The notes below the pieces were generated by a model, which ran no database searches, had not been told where the DNA came from, and was given only the letters and a program-made list of their open reading frames with translations. From the NCBI GenBank assembly GCA_943354835.1, contig CALRDH010000004.1, forward strand, positions 10,851-74,850: a stretch of DNA of 64,000 nt, read 5' to 3'. Positions 49,982 through 58,596 of this stretch are shown in pieces (the stretch's first letter is position 1; every line of letters begins with the position of its first letter). The position numbers and the translations under genes are program-made. This DNA comes from a candidate division WWE3 bacterium. Its GTDB lineage: Bacteria; Patescibacteriota; WWE3; 2-01-FULL-39-13.

Positions 49982-51074
49982 TCACAACGAAGATGACGAC
50001 AGTGCAAATCCATTTGATGCAGCAACTATTCAAGAAATAAAAAGGTACGACCTTGGAGATCAACAACAAGGCTATAGGTATATGGTAGATCATCGGCTTT
50101 CAAATGGCTTACCATACGTTTCATTCGAAAACGAACACAAACAAAGAATTACACAACTCACTCCAGAATCTATTTCTCAAGTAGTCGGTCGTACTGTACG
50201 CCCAGGAGCTTGGACCGTGTCAGATTCAAGAAATTTATCTGCATCAACAACTTCACCAGAAGCTGCAGGCGTGATAATAGAATGTAAAAGGACACATGTA
50301 GGGTGGGAAAGCGGAAAGGAAAACATCCATGATAGAACAAGTACAGTAGTTGTAAGCGAGGATCCTAATCAAAATGGTTACTCAATAGACTATAGAGTTA
50401 AAACATTAAATACAGCAAAAGTGCTAAAACCTACATTAATAATAAATGTAAATGAAGCAAATAACCAAGCAACCACTTCAACAGTTTCGATTGGACGAAC
50501 AACTGGAATTCTAATATTAGAATTTGATGATGATGGAAATTTACAGAAAATCGCAGTATCTAAAGACAGATTAAAAACAGAAGTGAGTGCATCGCAATTA
50601 TCACAATATCCAGCAATTGAAAGAGAAGCTACTAATTTACTTGGAAGAAATTTAAATTTGAATGGTCTTAGACTCGATAAAGAAAGAACCATTTTAAATC
50701 TAGCAGATGGTAATGATTCGCTGGACACGAAACAAGATGTAATTAATGCCGTAGTATTTGAAGAAGCGAAAAGCTCCCAAGGACGCCGAACATCTGTTTC
50801 CACAATTGTTGATGGAAGGAATCAGGCAACGACACAAACACAACCACAACCCAGTGGACTTACCATTAATGCAAGTAATTTATCGATTTCAGAAAGCATA
50901 AATGCAACTGATCGAAATTCCGGACTGCCAGTTACACTAACGGTATCAGAGATCGAAAGCCGCCAACCAGAAACCCTACCGATAGTCTATATTGGAGCGA
51001 ATAACATTGTTTTAGGAAAAATCAAATACACATGGGATACAAACTTACGTGTTTATAGGCTCAACAAAGATTAA
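49977..51074 (+). CDS. Hypothetical Ser/Thr-rich protein, GC-elevated
   Basis: 365 aa with no motif. GC about 40% by eye. Confidence 0.35.
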   Translation: MTHNEDDDSANPFDAATIQEIKRYDLGDQQQGYRYMVDHRLSNGLPYVSFENEHKQRITQLTPESISQVVGRTVRPGAWTVSDSRNLSASTTSPEAAGVIIECKRTHVGWESGKENIHDRTSTVVVSEDPNQNGYSIDYRVKTLNTAKVLKPTLIINVNEANNQATTSTVSIGRTTGILILEFDDDGNLQKIAVSKDRLKTEVSASQLSQYPAIEREATNLLGRNLNLNGLRLDKERTILNLADGNDSLDTKQDVINAVVFEEAKSSQGRRTSVSTIVDGRNQATTQTQPQPSGLTINASNLSISESINATDRNSGLPVTLTVSEIESRQPETLPIVYIGANNIVLGKIKYTWDTNLRVYRLNKD

Positions 51075-51555
51075 CCTTCTTTAATCTTTTACTTTCCGTA
51101 TCAAATATTACAAAGCTGGCTTTTCCTGTTTTGTAGCCTTGGATTTCTCCAGGGTTTACCAAAATGGTGTTTCCAATTTTTGATTCGACGTATTCGTGAG
51201 TGTGTCCAAAGATACACAGATCAAATTCTTTAGATTTAGCAGCAAGTTCAGCAATTCTTGGATAGTGATTCATAAATATTTTGACGCCACCAATTTCTCC
51301 TTCAAATATATCTCCGCACAACTCGATTTTGTTAGAAGAATCCATCATCCTTGTTAAACCAACTTTTTCAGCTTCATTATTGCCCCAAACAAACTTAATT
51401 TTTCCATTAAACTTTTCTAGAATTGCTAACTGCGGAGGTGCTATCAAATCTCCTGCGAATAATAAAAATTCACAGTGGTTTTCATTAGAAATATTAACTG
51501 CCTTTTCTAAATTAACCCAATTATCATGACTATCCGACATTATTGAAATTTTCAT
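51061..51555 (-). CDS. YfcE/MJ0936-family metallophosphoesterase
   Basis: SDSHDN, GDLI, GNNE and GHTHE metallophosphoesterase motifs. Confidence 0.75.
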   Translation of the reverse strand: MKISIMSDSHDNWVNLEKAVNISNENHCEFLLFAGDLIAPPQLAILEKFNGKIKFVWGNNEAEKVGLTRMMDSSNKIELCGDIFEGEIGGVKIFMNHYPRIAELAAKSKEFDLCIFGHTHEYVESKIGNTILVNPGEIQGYKTGKASFVIFDTESKRLKKVNLC

Positions 51556-51590
51556 AAGGCAATTATACATTATGTTATTATCAGCTTATG
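51549..51590. promoter_or_regulatory. 42-bp bidirectional leaderless promoter module (copy B)
   Basis: TTTCATAAGGCAATTATACATTATGTTATTATCAGCTTATGA, 36 of 42 identical to copy A. Confidence 0.5.
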
Positions 51591-52457
51591 AATATCCCAA
51601 CGAAAAAACTATCTTGTGGTTTTGAGATGCCAGTTTATGGTCTTGGCACTTGGGAGATGGGTGGTCGAAAGGAAGCCGATCCAAATAATGATGATAAAGC
51701 AGATATTGAGGCTATAAAATATGCCATTGATTCTGGAATTACGCATATAGATACAGCGGAAAACTATGCAAATGGTCATTCAGAAGAACTTGTGGGAGAA
51801 GCTATTAAAGGTTACGACCGCAATAAACTTTTTATTGTTTCAAAGGTAGGAAGAACTAAATTAAAGCACGACGATTTAATAAAATCCGCCAAAGAAAGTT
51901 TGCAAAGAATTGGAACAAACTATTTAGATCTTTTTTTAATCCATGCTCCAAGCTTAGAAATCCCGATTGAAGAAAGTATGTTAGCAATGAACGAACTTTA
52001 TGATGAAGGACTTATTAAAAATGTCGGCGTCAGCAATTTTACAGTCGAGAGATTTATTGAAGCACAGAAATATTCAAAAGCAAAAATTGTTGCAAATCAA
52101 TTGCACTTAAATTTGAAATACAGAGAAACAGAAAAAAAAGGACTTATAAGATTTTGCCAAGAAAACGATGTAATGTTTATTGCCTGGAGACCAGTTCAAA
52201 AAGGGATTATCCTAGACAGCAACATTCAAATAATAAATGAAATGTGTGAAAAATATCGAAAGACTCCAAGCCAAATTGCAATCAATTGGTTAATCAACCA
52301 AAAGAATATTGTTACACTATCGAAAACTAGAAATAAATCTCATTTAGATGAAAACCTAGGCGCAATTGGTTGGGAAATTGAAAAATCCGACATCGAAAAA
52401 CTTCGAAACGAATTTCCGAATCAAGAAGATTTATCTGATGCAGTGCCGTTGGTTTAA
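51588..52457 (+). CDS. Aldo/keto reductase
   Basis: GLGTWEMGG and IDTAENY AKR motifs. Confidence 0.8.
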   Translation: MNIPTKKLSCGFEMPVYGLGTWEMGGRKEADPNNDDKADIEAIKYAIDSGITHIDTAENYANGHSEELVGEAIKGYDRNKLFIVSKVGRTKLKHDDLIKSAKESLQRIGTNYLDLFLIHAPSLEIPIEESMLAMNELYDEGLIKNVGVSNFTVERFIEAQKYSKAKIVANQLHLNLKYRETEKKGLIRFCQENDVMFIAWRPVQKGIILDSNIQIINEMCEKYRKTPSQIAINWLINQKNIVTLSKTRNKSHLDENLGAIGWEIEKSDIEKLRNEFPNQEDLSDAVPLV

Positions 52458-52461
52458 CTCT

Positions 52462-52767
52462 TCACCCTTGCATATCAATGGCTTCGATGACGTCGATTCT
52501 TCCACCAGCCGTTAAATGAGGATGTCCGTTTGTAAGGGCGACGGCTTCATTTAAGTCTTCAGCAGAAATTACTGTGTAACCATTTGTGGTAGAGGTTTCA
52601 GTTCCTCCGACAGTTTTTCTTTCACCAAATGGAGCTCCCATATCAACAACCTTACCGGAAAGCTTATCAAAATAGGCGACCCAATCACCCATTATTTTAT
52701 TTCTTTCTTCCTCTGAAATATCAGACGCGGTATCACCACCGAAATATAGATAAATAAATTTTTTCAT
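52462..52767 (-). CDS. YciI-like (dimeric alpha/beta barrel) protein
   Basis: 101 aa. TVISAEDLNEAVALTNGHP pattern. Confidence 0.45.
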   Translation of the reverse strand: MKKFIYLYFGGDTASDISEEERNKIMGDWVAYFDKLSGKVVDMGAPFGERKTVGGTETSTTNGYTVISAEDLNEAVALTNGHPHLTAGGRIDVIEAIDMQG

Positions 52768-52785
52768 AGAAATAATACTAACATA

Positions 52786-53712
52786 CTAGCCTCTGTAAAA
52801 CTCCATTACCTGCTCGACAATATTCTTTTCAAATCCATCATACGAGTGATCGGCTCCTTCGAATATTTTTGTTTTTACAAGCGGAGATTTTGTTAGTTGC
52901 GATTTTAGAATTTCGATTGAGCCTTCTATTGTGTTTCCAACTTGCAATGCATAATCCTTGGTTCCTCCAATTATTAGTACGGGCAATTCGATATTATTTA
53001 CATGTTTCCAGTCGTGGTCTCTTTTCGTGTAACAAAACACATTGCAGTTTGAGTCTTTACTAAAAAAATTAACATATGTATTTGCTGACAAAACATATTC
53101 ATTATCTAAAATTTCAGATAGCAATTGCGTGCCTTTTCCATCTTCGATCATTCGCTTGGCTTCGGCCAAAACTTTATTGTGTAATTCCTCGCGAGCCATT
53201 GGCCATGCATACATGTCAACCGGACTAATTAGTATCAAGCCTTTTATCAGATACTGCGAACTTACAGACGCAGTATTCTGAAATGCTCGCATAGCGGGCA
53301 TTATAAAATCATGCTTTTTTTGATTCATATAATAGACAACCTTCGAAGGAGCAAGACTATGCGCTTGAATATAAATTTCCCTGTAACCAAGATTTTTTGC
53401 AAACAAAACCCAAGCATCAATATCAAAAACAGACTCCTCAAAAATCTCTAAAGCATTACCATAACTTGGATACAAATCCGGATCTTTTGCGAATTGAGTA
53501 ATACTACCTGTTCCCCTATGTTGGACAGACAAAAAAGCAAAATCACTTTTTGGAAAATTTTCATGAAAACCTGCATACCAAGAATTTGTATAAGGATCCC
53601 CTGCCATGCCATGAATATGCAAAATTAATTTTGACCTAGAATCCGTCTGGCTTAACAATCCTGAAAGATGAAGCCCATCTGAAGTTATAGTTTTGACTAA
53701 AGAAATTGGCAT
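52786..53712 (-). CDS. Alpha/beta-hydrolase fold protein
   Basis: HGMAGD oxyanion region and AHSLA nucleophile elbow. Confidence 0.6.
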   Translation of the reverse strand: MPISLVKTITSDGLHLSGLLSQTDSRSKLILHIHGMAGDPYTNSWYAGFHENFPKSDFAFLSVQHRGTGSITQFAKDPDLYPSYGNALEIFEESVFDIDAWVLFAKNLGYREIYIQAHSLAPSKVVYYMNQKKHDFIMPAMRAFQNTASVSSQYLIKGLILISPVDMYAWPMAREELHNKVLAEAKRMIEDGKGTQLLSEILDNEYVLSANTYVNFFSKDSNCNVFCYTKRDHDWKHVNNIELPVLIIGGTKDYALQVGNTIEGSIEILKSQLTKSPLVKTKIFEGADHSYDGFEKNIVEQVMEFYRG

Positions 53713-53855
53713 ATGACGATATTATACATAAGTTATAATACACTTATGAGTAAGAATATATTTAAAGATCACGGATTTAAATAGAAATCAGTTAGTGCAA
53801 ATTTTACACATACTGTTTCCGGTTGAAACTTATCTGATGAATCCCACATACGTAC

Positions 53856-54515
53856 TTATTTTGCTATCTCTATGAATTGATTTAGGGGAAGTGTTTTTTT
53901 TACTTTCACACCCGCATTTTCTTTTTCTTCTATTACGAAATTTAATATACTTGCTTTTGGATTTATTGATTTGGGGTATCCTGCCCCACAATTGAATTCA
54001 ACGATCTGCTGACCTTTTGTAATTTGATATTCCCACACTGTATTTATCTGGCAATCATTGGGAATTGGTTCATAAATTTTTTCTATATAAAAGATAATTG
54101 GAAAATTTACATCACTATTTATTTTAACTGCTCCAGTTAGTGTTGAGGATTTATCTACTTCGAATTTTACTGGTTCTATTGTAACTTTTTCCTGAATTTC
54201 ATTCATTTTCATTGAATAAAGGGGTTCATAGATCGCCCTTCCAGTAAAAGTTAAAACAACCAAAATCAAAAGGCCGATAATAAAAGGTGAGAAAAGTAAA
54301 ATATTCTTACTAATTTTTTTAAATGAAAAAGCTAAAGGAATACTACAAAAAAGATAAATTGGCCAAGTAAGTAATATAGCAAGATATCCAAAATCTCCAC
54401 CTCCTAATTGAATATGATAAAAAGTCTCGAATGCAAACTTATAGATAATAAAATAACTAATTAATGCTGAATATAAAAATATTAATGCTTTCTTTTTAAC
54501 AATAGAAATATTCAT
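53856..54515 (-). CDS. Hypothetical 4-TM membrane protein with C-terminal extracytoplasmic domain (third gene of the ImmA-like operon)
   Basis: 219 aa. Starts 3 bp after the upstream gene ends. Confidence 0.4.
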   Translation of the reverse strand: MNISIVKKKALIFLYSALISYFIIYKFAFETFYHIQLGGGDFGYLAILLTWPIYLFCSIPLAFSFKKISKNILLFSPFIIGLLILVVLTFTGRAIYEPLYSMKMNEIQEKVTIEPVKFEVDKSSTLTGAVKINSDVNFPIIFYIEKIYEPIPNDCQINTVWEYQITKGQQIVEFNCGAGYPKSINPKASILNFVIEEKENAGVKVKKTLPLNQFIEIAK

Positions 54516-54518
54516 ATC

Positions 54519-54863
54519 TTATTCCTCCCTTTCTTTTGCACCGGGTATATTCATTAGGTTTTTTAGATGCGGGCTAACTATGCTTCCAATTATAAATACA
54601 ACTATGTAAGTAAATCCATCTATTACTTTATTGATCTGACCATCTATTATTAAAATAATTGCTAAAATCAATGCACATATTGGTATTGCATACATTACAA
54701 CTATTATAAGTAAGGTCGCCGCATCTGATATCCTTTTTCTATTGTAGTATGTATCTTTTTTCGTATTATTTTCTAATTGTTTATCGAGCGTGATTTCTTC
54801 TTTAGCTCTTTTGGGATCTATATCATCAACCGACGGGTGTCTTACAATTATAATCTCAGGCAT
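54519..54863 (-). CDS. Hypothetical 2-TM membrane protein (second gene of the ImmA-like operon)
   Basis: 114 aa. Overlaps the ImmA-like gene by 8 bp. Confidence 0.4.
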   Translation of the reverse strand: MPEIIIVRHPSVDDIDPKRAKEEITLDKQLENNTKKDTYYNRKRISDAATLLIIVVMYAIPICALILAIILIIDGQINKVIDGFTYIVVFIIGSIVSPHLKNLMNIPGAKEREE

Positions 54864-55386
54864 AAGAAATATACGGCACGTTGTAATTTAAATTACGCAA
54901 GCGGATTATTGCAACCATTGTAGAAACTTTAAATGCTTCAGCAATTTTTTGAATTATTGAGCTATTAATTTCGGCATTTTTATCTAAATTTTCTTCTTTA
55001 ATAAATCGGCTTATGGCTTTTTCTGGCATAAGAATTTCTTCTGCCAATTTATTTGCTTCAATCTCAATATTACTAAAATCATTTTTACTTCTTTTAATAA
55101 CTTTGTGACTATCTACAAGATCTTTATGTAAAACCGCGTGAGCCAGCTCGTGTGCAATAGAAAACCTTTGTCTTGCAACAGAATCTTGATCACTAATATA
55201 AATGCTTACCTCACCATTTTCCTTTTTCCTAACAGCCCCACTTACACCTTCGCCAAAAGGATACTCATAGACTTTTATACCAAACCTATTTGCAAGCTTA
55301 ACAACATCTACACTATTGCCATCTTGAGCATGCTCCTCTGCTAATTTAATAAGATCTTCTTTTGTCAAAGCAGGAGCTTTATCCAT
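54856..55386 (-). CDS. ImmA/IrrE-family (COG2856) zinc metallopeptidase domain protein
   Basis: SIAHELAHAVLH HExxH motif within a DUF955-like core. A leaderless TATAAT promoter lies 6 nt upstream. Confidence 0.65.
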   Translation of the reverse strand: MDKAPALTKEDLIKLAEEHAQDGNSVDVVKLANRFGIKVYEYPFGEGVSGAVRKKENGEVSIYISDQDSVARQRFSIAHELAHAVLHKDLVDSHKVIKRSKNDFSNIEIEANKLAEEILMPEKAISRFIKEENLDKNAEINSSIIQKIAEAFKVSTMVAIIRLRNLNYNVPYISYA

Positions 55387-55392
55387 AACCGA

Positions 55393-55398
55393 ATTATA
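55393..55398 (-). promoter_or_regulatory. -10 box (GGGTATAATTC) 6 nt upstream of the ImmA-like ATG
   Basis: Reverse complement of the plus strand ...GAATTATACCC... Confidence 0.45.
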
Positions 55399-55416
55399 CC
55401 CAGAAGGACAGAGGAG

Positions 55417-56058
55417 TTACAAGATGTTGGTGAGAATTTGATTTAAAACATTATTAAAGTTTTCCTCTTTTATAGTTTCGTTTGTTATTGGATAGAATCC
55501 GTGGGTCGCATTTTTGATATAAGAAATATTTAATTGATGTTTTAGTTGCAGGTTTATTTCATCAATATCTTTTTTGGTACCAAGTAAATCTTCTAGTCCT
55601 TGGATTATTGTAAGTTTGTTTAACAAATCGCCCAGCTTATTTAGATGCTCTACGTAATCTTTTACATATCCGGGTTTTTCTTTAAAAGGATTTTCCTTTA
55701 AAAGATCTAACTCTAGCGGAAATCCAATTTTAACCGGAAACCCCAATATTATTATTTTATTTACAATAGGATTTGAAATAATATCTTCATGAAGTGAAAT
55801 CACACCACCCATAGATTTTCCGATTATATTTATTTTCTGATAACCTTTTTTCTGAAATGAATCAATTACATTTTTGAGTTCCTCTATCTCCTTTTCATTT
55901 TGCAAAGAAGGTTGCCCACCACTTTTAATATATTCGAAATCAAAACCAAAACATTCATTTTGTCTCTCGTTCAATTTTTGAAATAAAAATTGAATTAGCT
56001 CGGTATTAAAACCCTCTGATGCTCCGTGTAGGAAAAGATTAATTGTTTTTGAAGCCAT
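55417..56058 (-). CDS. Alpha/beta-hydrolase (esterase-like)
   Basis: GKSMGG GxSxG motif. Confidence 0.6.
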   Translation of the reverse strand: MASKTINLFLHGASEGFNTELIQFLFQKLNERQNECFGFDFEYIKSGGQPSLQNEKEIEELKNVIDSFQKKGYQKINIIGKSMGGVISLHEDIISNPIVNKIIILGFPVKIGFPLELDLLKENPFKEKPGYVKDYVEHLNKLGDLLNKLTIIQGLEDLLGTKKDIDEINLQLKHQLNISYIKNATHGFYPITNETIKEENFNNVLNQILTNIL

Positions 56059-56060
56059 TA

Positions 56061-57089
56061 TTATTTCCTTTTCGCATCCAAAATTTTATTTACTTCTCGA
56101 TCGAAATCAGAGATATAGTTTCTATCCTGTTCTACTCGATATTTTTCATATGCTTCTAGCGCCAATTCTTCGGCAACTGCATTACTAACTTTTCCTAAAT
56201 CTTTCAAGATATCACGGTCATTTAATTTCAAAAACTGATTTAGCTTTATTTCCCAATCATGCATGAACATTGCCTGCTTGCGTTTAGCTTGTGATTCGGC
56301 AAATATTAAGTATTGCTCCACTATGCTATTTAGGCCCGCCAGTTCGTCTTTATCTAAATAATTTTTAGCAATAGTAACGTCCGCTTTGCGTATAGGTCCA
56401 TGTGGACTGTTTTTCCAATTAGTCAGCCCCATATTTGTTTTGCTACTGTCTACTCGATTGCTAATAATTTCTGCAGCTGTATAGCCCGAAATAGCAAAAT
56501 GCAATTTATTTTGTACCGTGGCAAAAAAATGCTGAGCTTCAGGACTATTTTTGTCATAGTCCACACTGCACTGTGCATAAATATCAGTGATCTTTTGATA
56601 AAATCTCCGCTCACTACTACGAATGTCGGCTATACGAGCCAATTGTTCTTCAAAATAATCTTGACCAAAAGAATAATTTGGAGTTTTCAGCCGTTCATCA
56701 TCCATGGTGAAACCTTTGATAATGTATTCCTTCAGTCGTTCTGTCGCCCAAATACGAAAATGAGTTGCTTGGGTAGAATTAACTCGATATCCTACTGAAA
56801 TAATTGCATCTAGATTGTAAAACATCGTCTTATAAACTTTGCCGTCATTAGCAGTTATTTCCATTTTGGAAACAACTGATTTTTCTAACAATTCACGACT
56901 TTCAAAAATATTCTTAAGATGTTTGTTTATAGCAGGAACACCAACTCCAAAAAGGTCAGCGATTTTTGCTTGCGTAAGCCATATATTTTCATCTCGTAAA
57001 AATATTTCTACTTTCACCTTACCGTTTGGAGTCGTATAAAGTAAAAATTCTGTATAACTATTTTGTTTTATAACTTTATTACTCTTCAT
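56061..57089 (-). CDS. RhuM-family protein (COG3943) paralog 2
   Basis: WLTQAKIADLFGVGVPAINKHLKNIFESREL and DLDAIISVGYRVNSTQATHFRIWATERLKEY. Preceded by GCGGTATAATTC-N7-ATG. Confidence 0.65.
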   Translation of the reverse strand: MKSNKVIKQNSYTEFLLYTTPNGKVKVEIFLRDENIWLTQAKIADLFGVGVPAINKHLKNIFESRELLEKSVVSKMEITANDGKVYKTMFYNLDAIISVGYRVNSTQATHFRIWATERLKEYIIKGFTMDDERLKTPNYSFGQDYFEEQLARIADIRSSERRFYQKITDIYAQCSVDYDKNSPEAQHFFATVQNKLHFAISGYTAAEIISNRVDSSKTNMGLTNWKNSPHGPIRKADVTIAKNYLDKDELAGLNSIVEQYLIFAESQAKRKQAMFMHDWEIKLNQFLKLNDRDILKDLGKVSNAVAEELALEAYEKYRVEQDRNYISDFDREVNKILDAKRK

Positions 57090-57179
57090 ATTGGAATTAT
57101 ACCGCGGTTAGAGCCTGATTGATGGCGTGGAAAAATAGAAATCCATAGCTGGGACGATTGATCTGTGAACAACTTATTT

Positions 57180-57602
57180 TTATTTTATATCTTTAAGTAA
57201 TTCAAGCGAAAGCGGATTTATAAAGTTTTCAGGGATTTCTGAAATAGGACACCATCTCCATTCACTAAATTTTTCTGGCTCCATTAGAGTAGCATCCTGA
57301 TCTGTAACGCAATGAAAAACGTACAAACAGTCGCCATCTTTTGCTCCTGGAAGCTGACCTAAAGAACTTACTATATCAAATCCAACAATTCCGACTTCTT
57401 CATTAACTTCTCTTCTAAGAGTCTTTCCAAGGGTTTCACCTTCATCACACCTACCTGCCGGAGCAGTCCAAACCGAAATATCTTTCCATGTCCCTTTTGT
57501 ATAATTTCTAAGTCCTATTAACAACCTTCCATCTCGTATAAAAAAAGCCGCCACTGCATCTGTAGGTTTTCCTTCTTGTTCAAGAATAGATTCTAATTCC
57601 AT
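57180..57602 (-). CDS. NUDIX hydrolase
   Basis: Nudix box GRCDEGETLGKTLRREVNEEVGI. Confidence 0.8.
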   Translation of the reverse strand: MELESILEQEGKPTDAVAAFFIRDGRLLIGLRNYTKGTWKDISVWTAPAGRCDEGETLGKTLRREVNEEVGIVGFDIVSSLGQLPGAKDGDCLYVFHCVTDQDATLMEPEKFSEWRWCPISEIPENFINPLSLELLKDIK

Positions 57603-57632
57603 ATGGAAATATTATACGCCAATTCAATATGC

Positions 57633-57680
57633 TTAAATTTCCTTAGACAATTCTATCCAACCACTTTCTTCATATCCCAT
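57633..57680 (-). other. Upstream 15-codon ORF MGYEESGWIELSKEI (leader-peptide candidate B)
   Basis: Read directly from the sequence. Shares its C-terminal ESGWIEL-KE with candidate A. Confidence 0.3.
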
Positions 57681-57711
57681 AGATTTATACCATTGATAGA
57701 ATTTTAGATTT

Positions 57712-58434
57712 TTATTTTGTGTCTTGTTTATCTTGCTTAGTCTTTACCAAGTTGTTAAAAGTTTCAAGTTTCTCCAAGTTTTTTTCTCTTGTTCTATACC
57801 AATTAATAAATTCATCTATAGATTTAACATTATCAGCTAATACCGCTTTATAAATTTCAACAGATTTTAATTTCCCTTTCCCTAATTTTTTAAGTTCAGA
57901 TGAAATAGGAGATATAAACATTTTAATTCGAAGTATTATTTCCCTTTTTTCATCATTAATCATTTTGTCCCAATTATTTATAAGTCTATCTACATCATCT
58001 TCTTTAACTTCGTTTACAATTGAGATTTCGAAATCCCACTCTTTACTGTTTACGACTTTATTGGATTTTAGTGAATCAAAACTTATAAAATACCCAAAGC
58101 CTTTATTCTCTTTTTCAAGATAATTAGAATCTCTGTCGTAATCATAATAATTAATTGGATGAATCCTTCTTATACCACGAACCTGTAAAAATCTCTGACA
58201 TAAATCAAACCAAGTTTGCATAAGATCTTGATTCGTGTTCAAAAAGATATCAATGTTTCTTGTGCACATAACTTGTAAAAGTTTCGAACCTTTTATAATG
58301 GGAACACCATAATCTTTTAAAACGTCGACAACTCCATATTCTTCAAGCAACGCATCTGATTCATTTTGTAAATTCTTTTCTAAAAAGAAAACTTCTTCCC
58401 TGGAAAGCTTCTCGATACTTAATTTCGAAATCAT
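57712..58434 (-). CDS. Hypothetical protein, possibly a degenerate nucleotidyltransferase fold
   Basis: GSKLLQVMCTRNIDIF loosely fits GS-x(10)-D. Preceded by a strong SD (AAGGAGG). Confidence 0.3.
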   Translation of the reverse strand: MISKLSIEKLSREEVFFLEKNLQNESDALLEEYGVVDVLKDYGVPIIKGSKLLQVMCTRNIDIFLNTNQDLMQTWFDLCQRFLQVRGIRRIHPINYYDYDRDSNYLEKENKGFGYFISFDSLKSNKVVNSKEWDFEISIVNEVKEDDVDRLINNWDKMINDEKREIILRIKMFISPISSELKKLGKGKLKSVEIYKAVLADNVKSIDEFINWYRTREKNLEKLETFNNLVKTKQDKQDTK

Positions 58435-58439
58435 AAATC

Positions 58440-58496
58440 TTAAACCTCCTTAACCAACTCTATCCAACCACTTTCTATCATTGGTGATATTTTCAT
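58440..58496 (-). other. Upstream 18-codon ORF MKISPMIESGWIELVKEV (leader-peptide candidate A), leaderless
   Basis: Begins 6 nt after GCGGTATAAT. Its stop is 5 nt before the main ATG, and the SD for the main gene lies inside its 3-prime end. Confidence 0.35.
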
Positions 58497-58596
58497 AAAA
58501 GAATTATACCGCAGCGTAGATGCTATCTTTGTGGTATAAAAAATTGGAGAGGATTATTGATAATACGAACCCTAATCTAGACATCTGAAACTTTAC

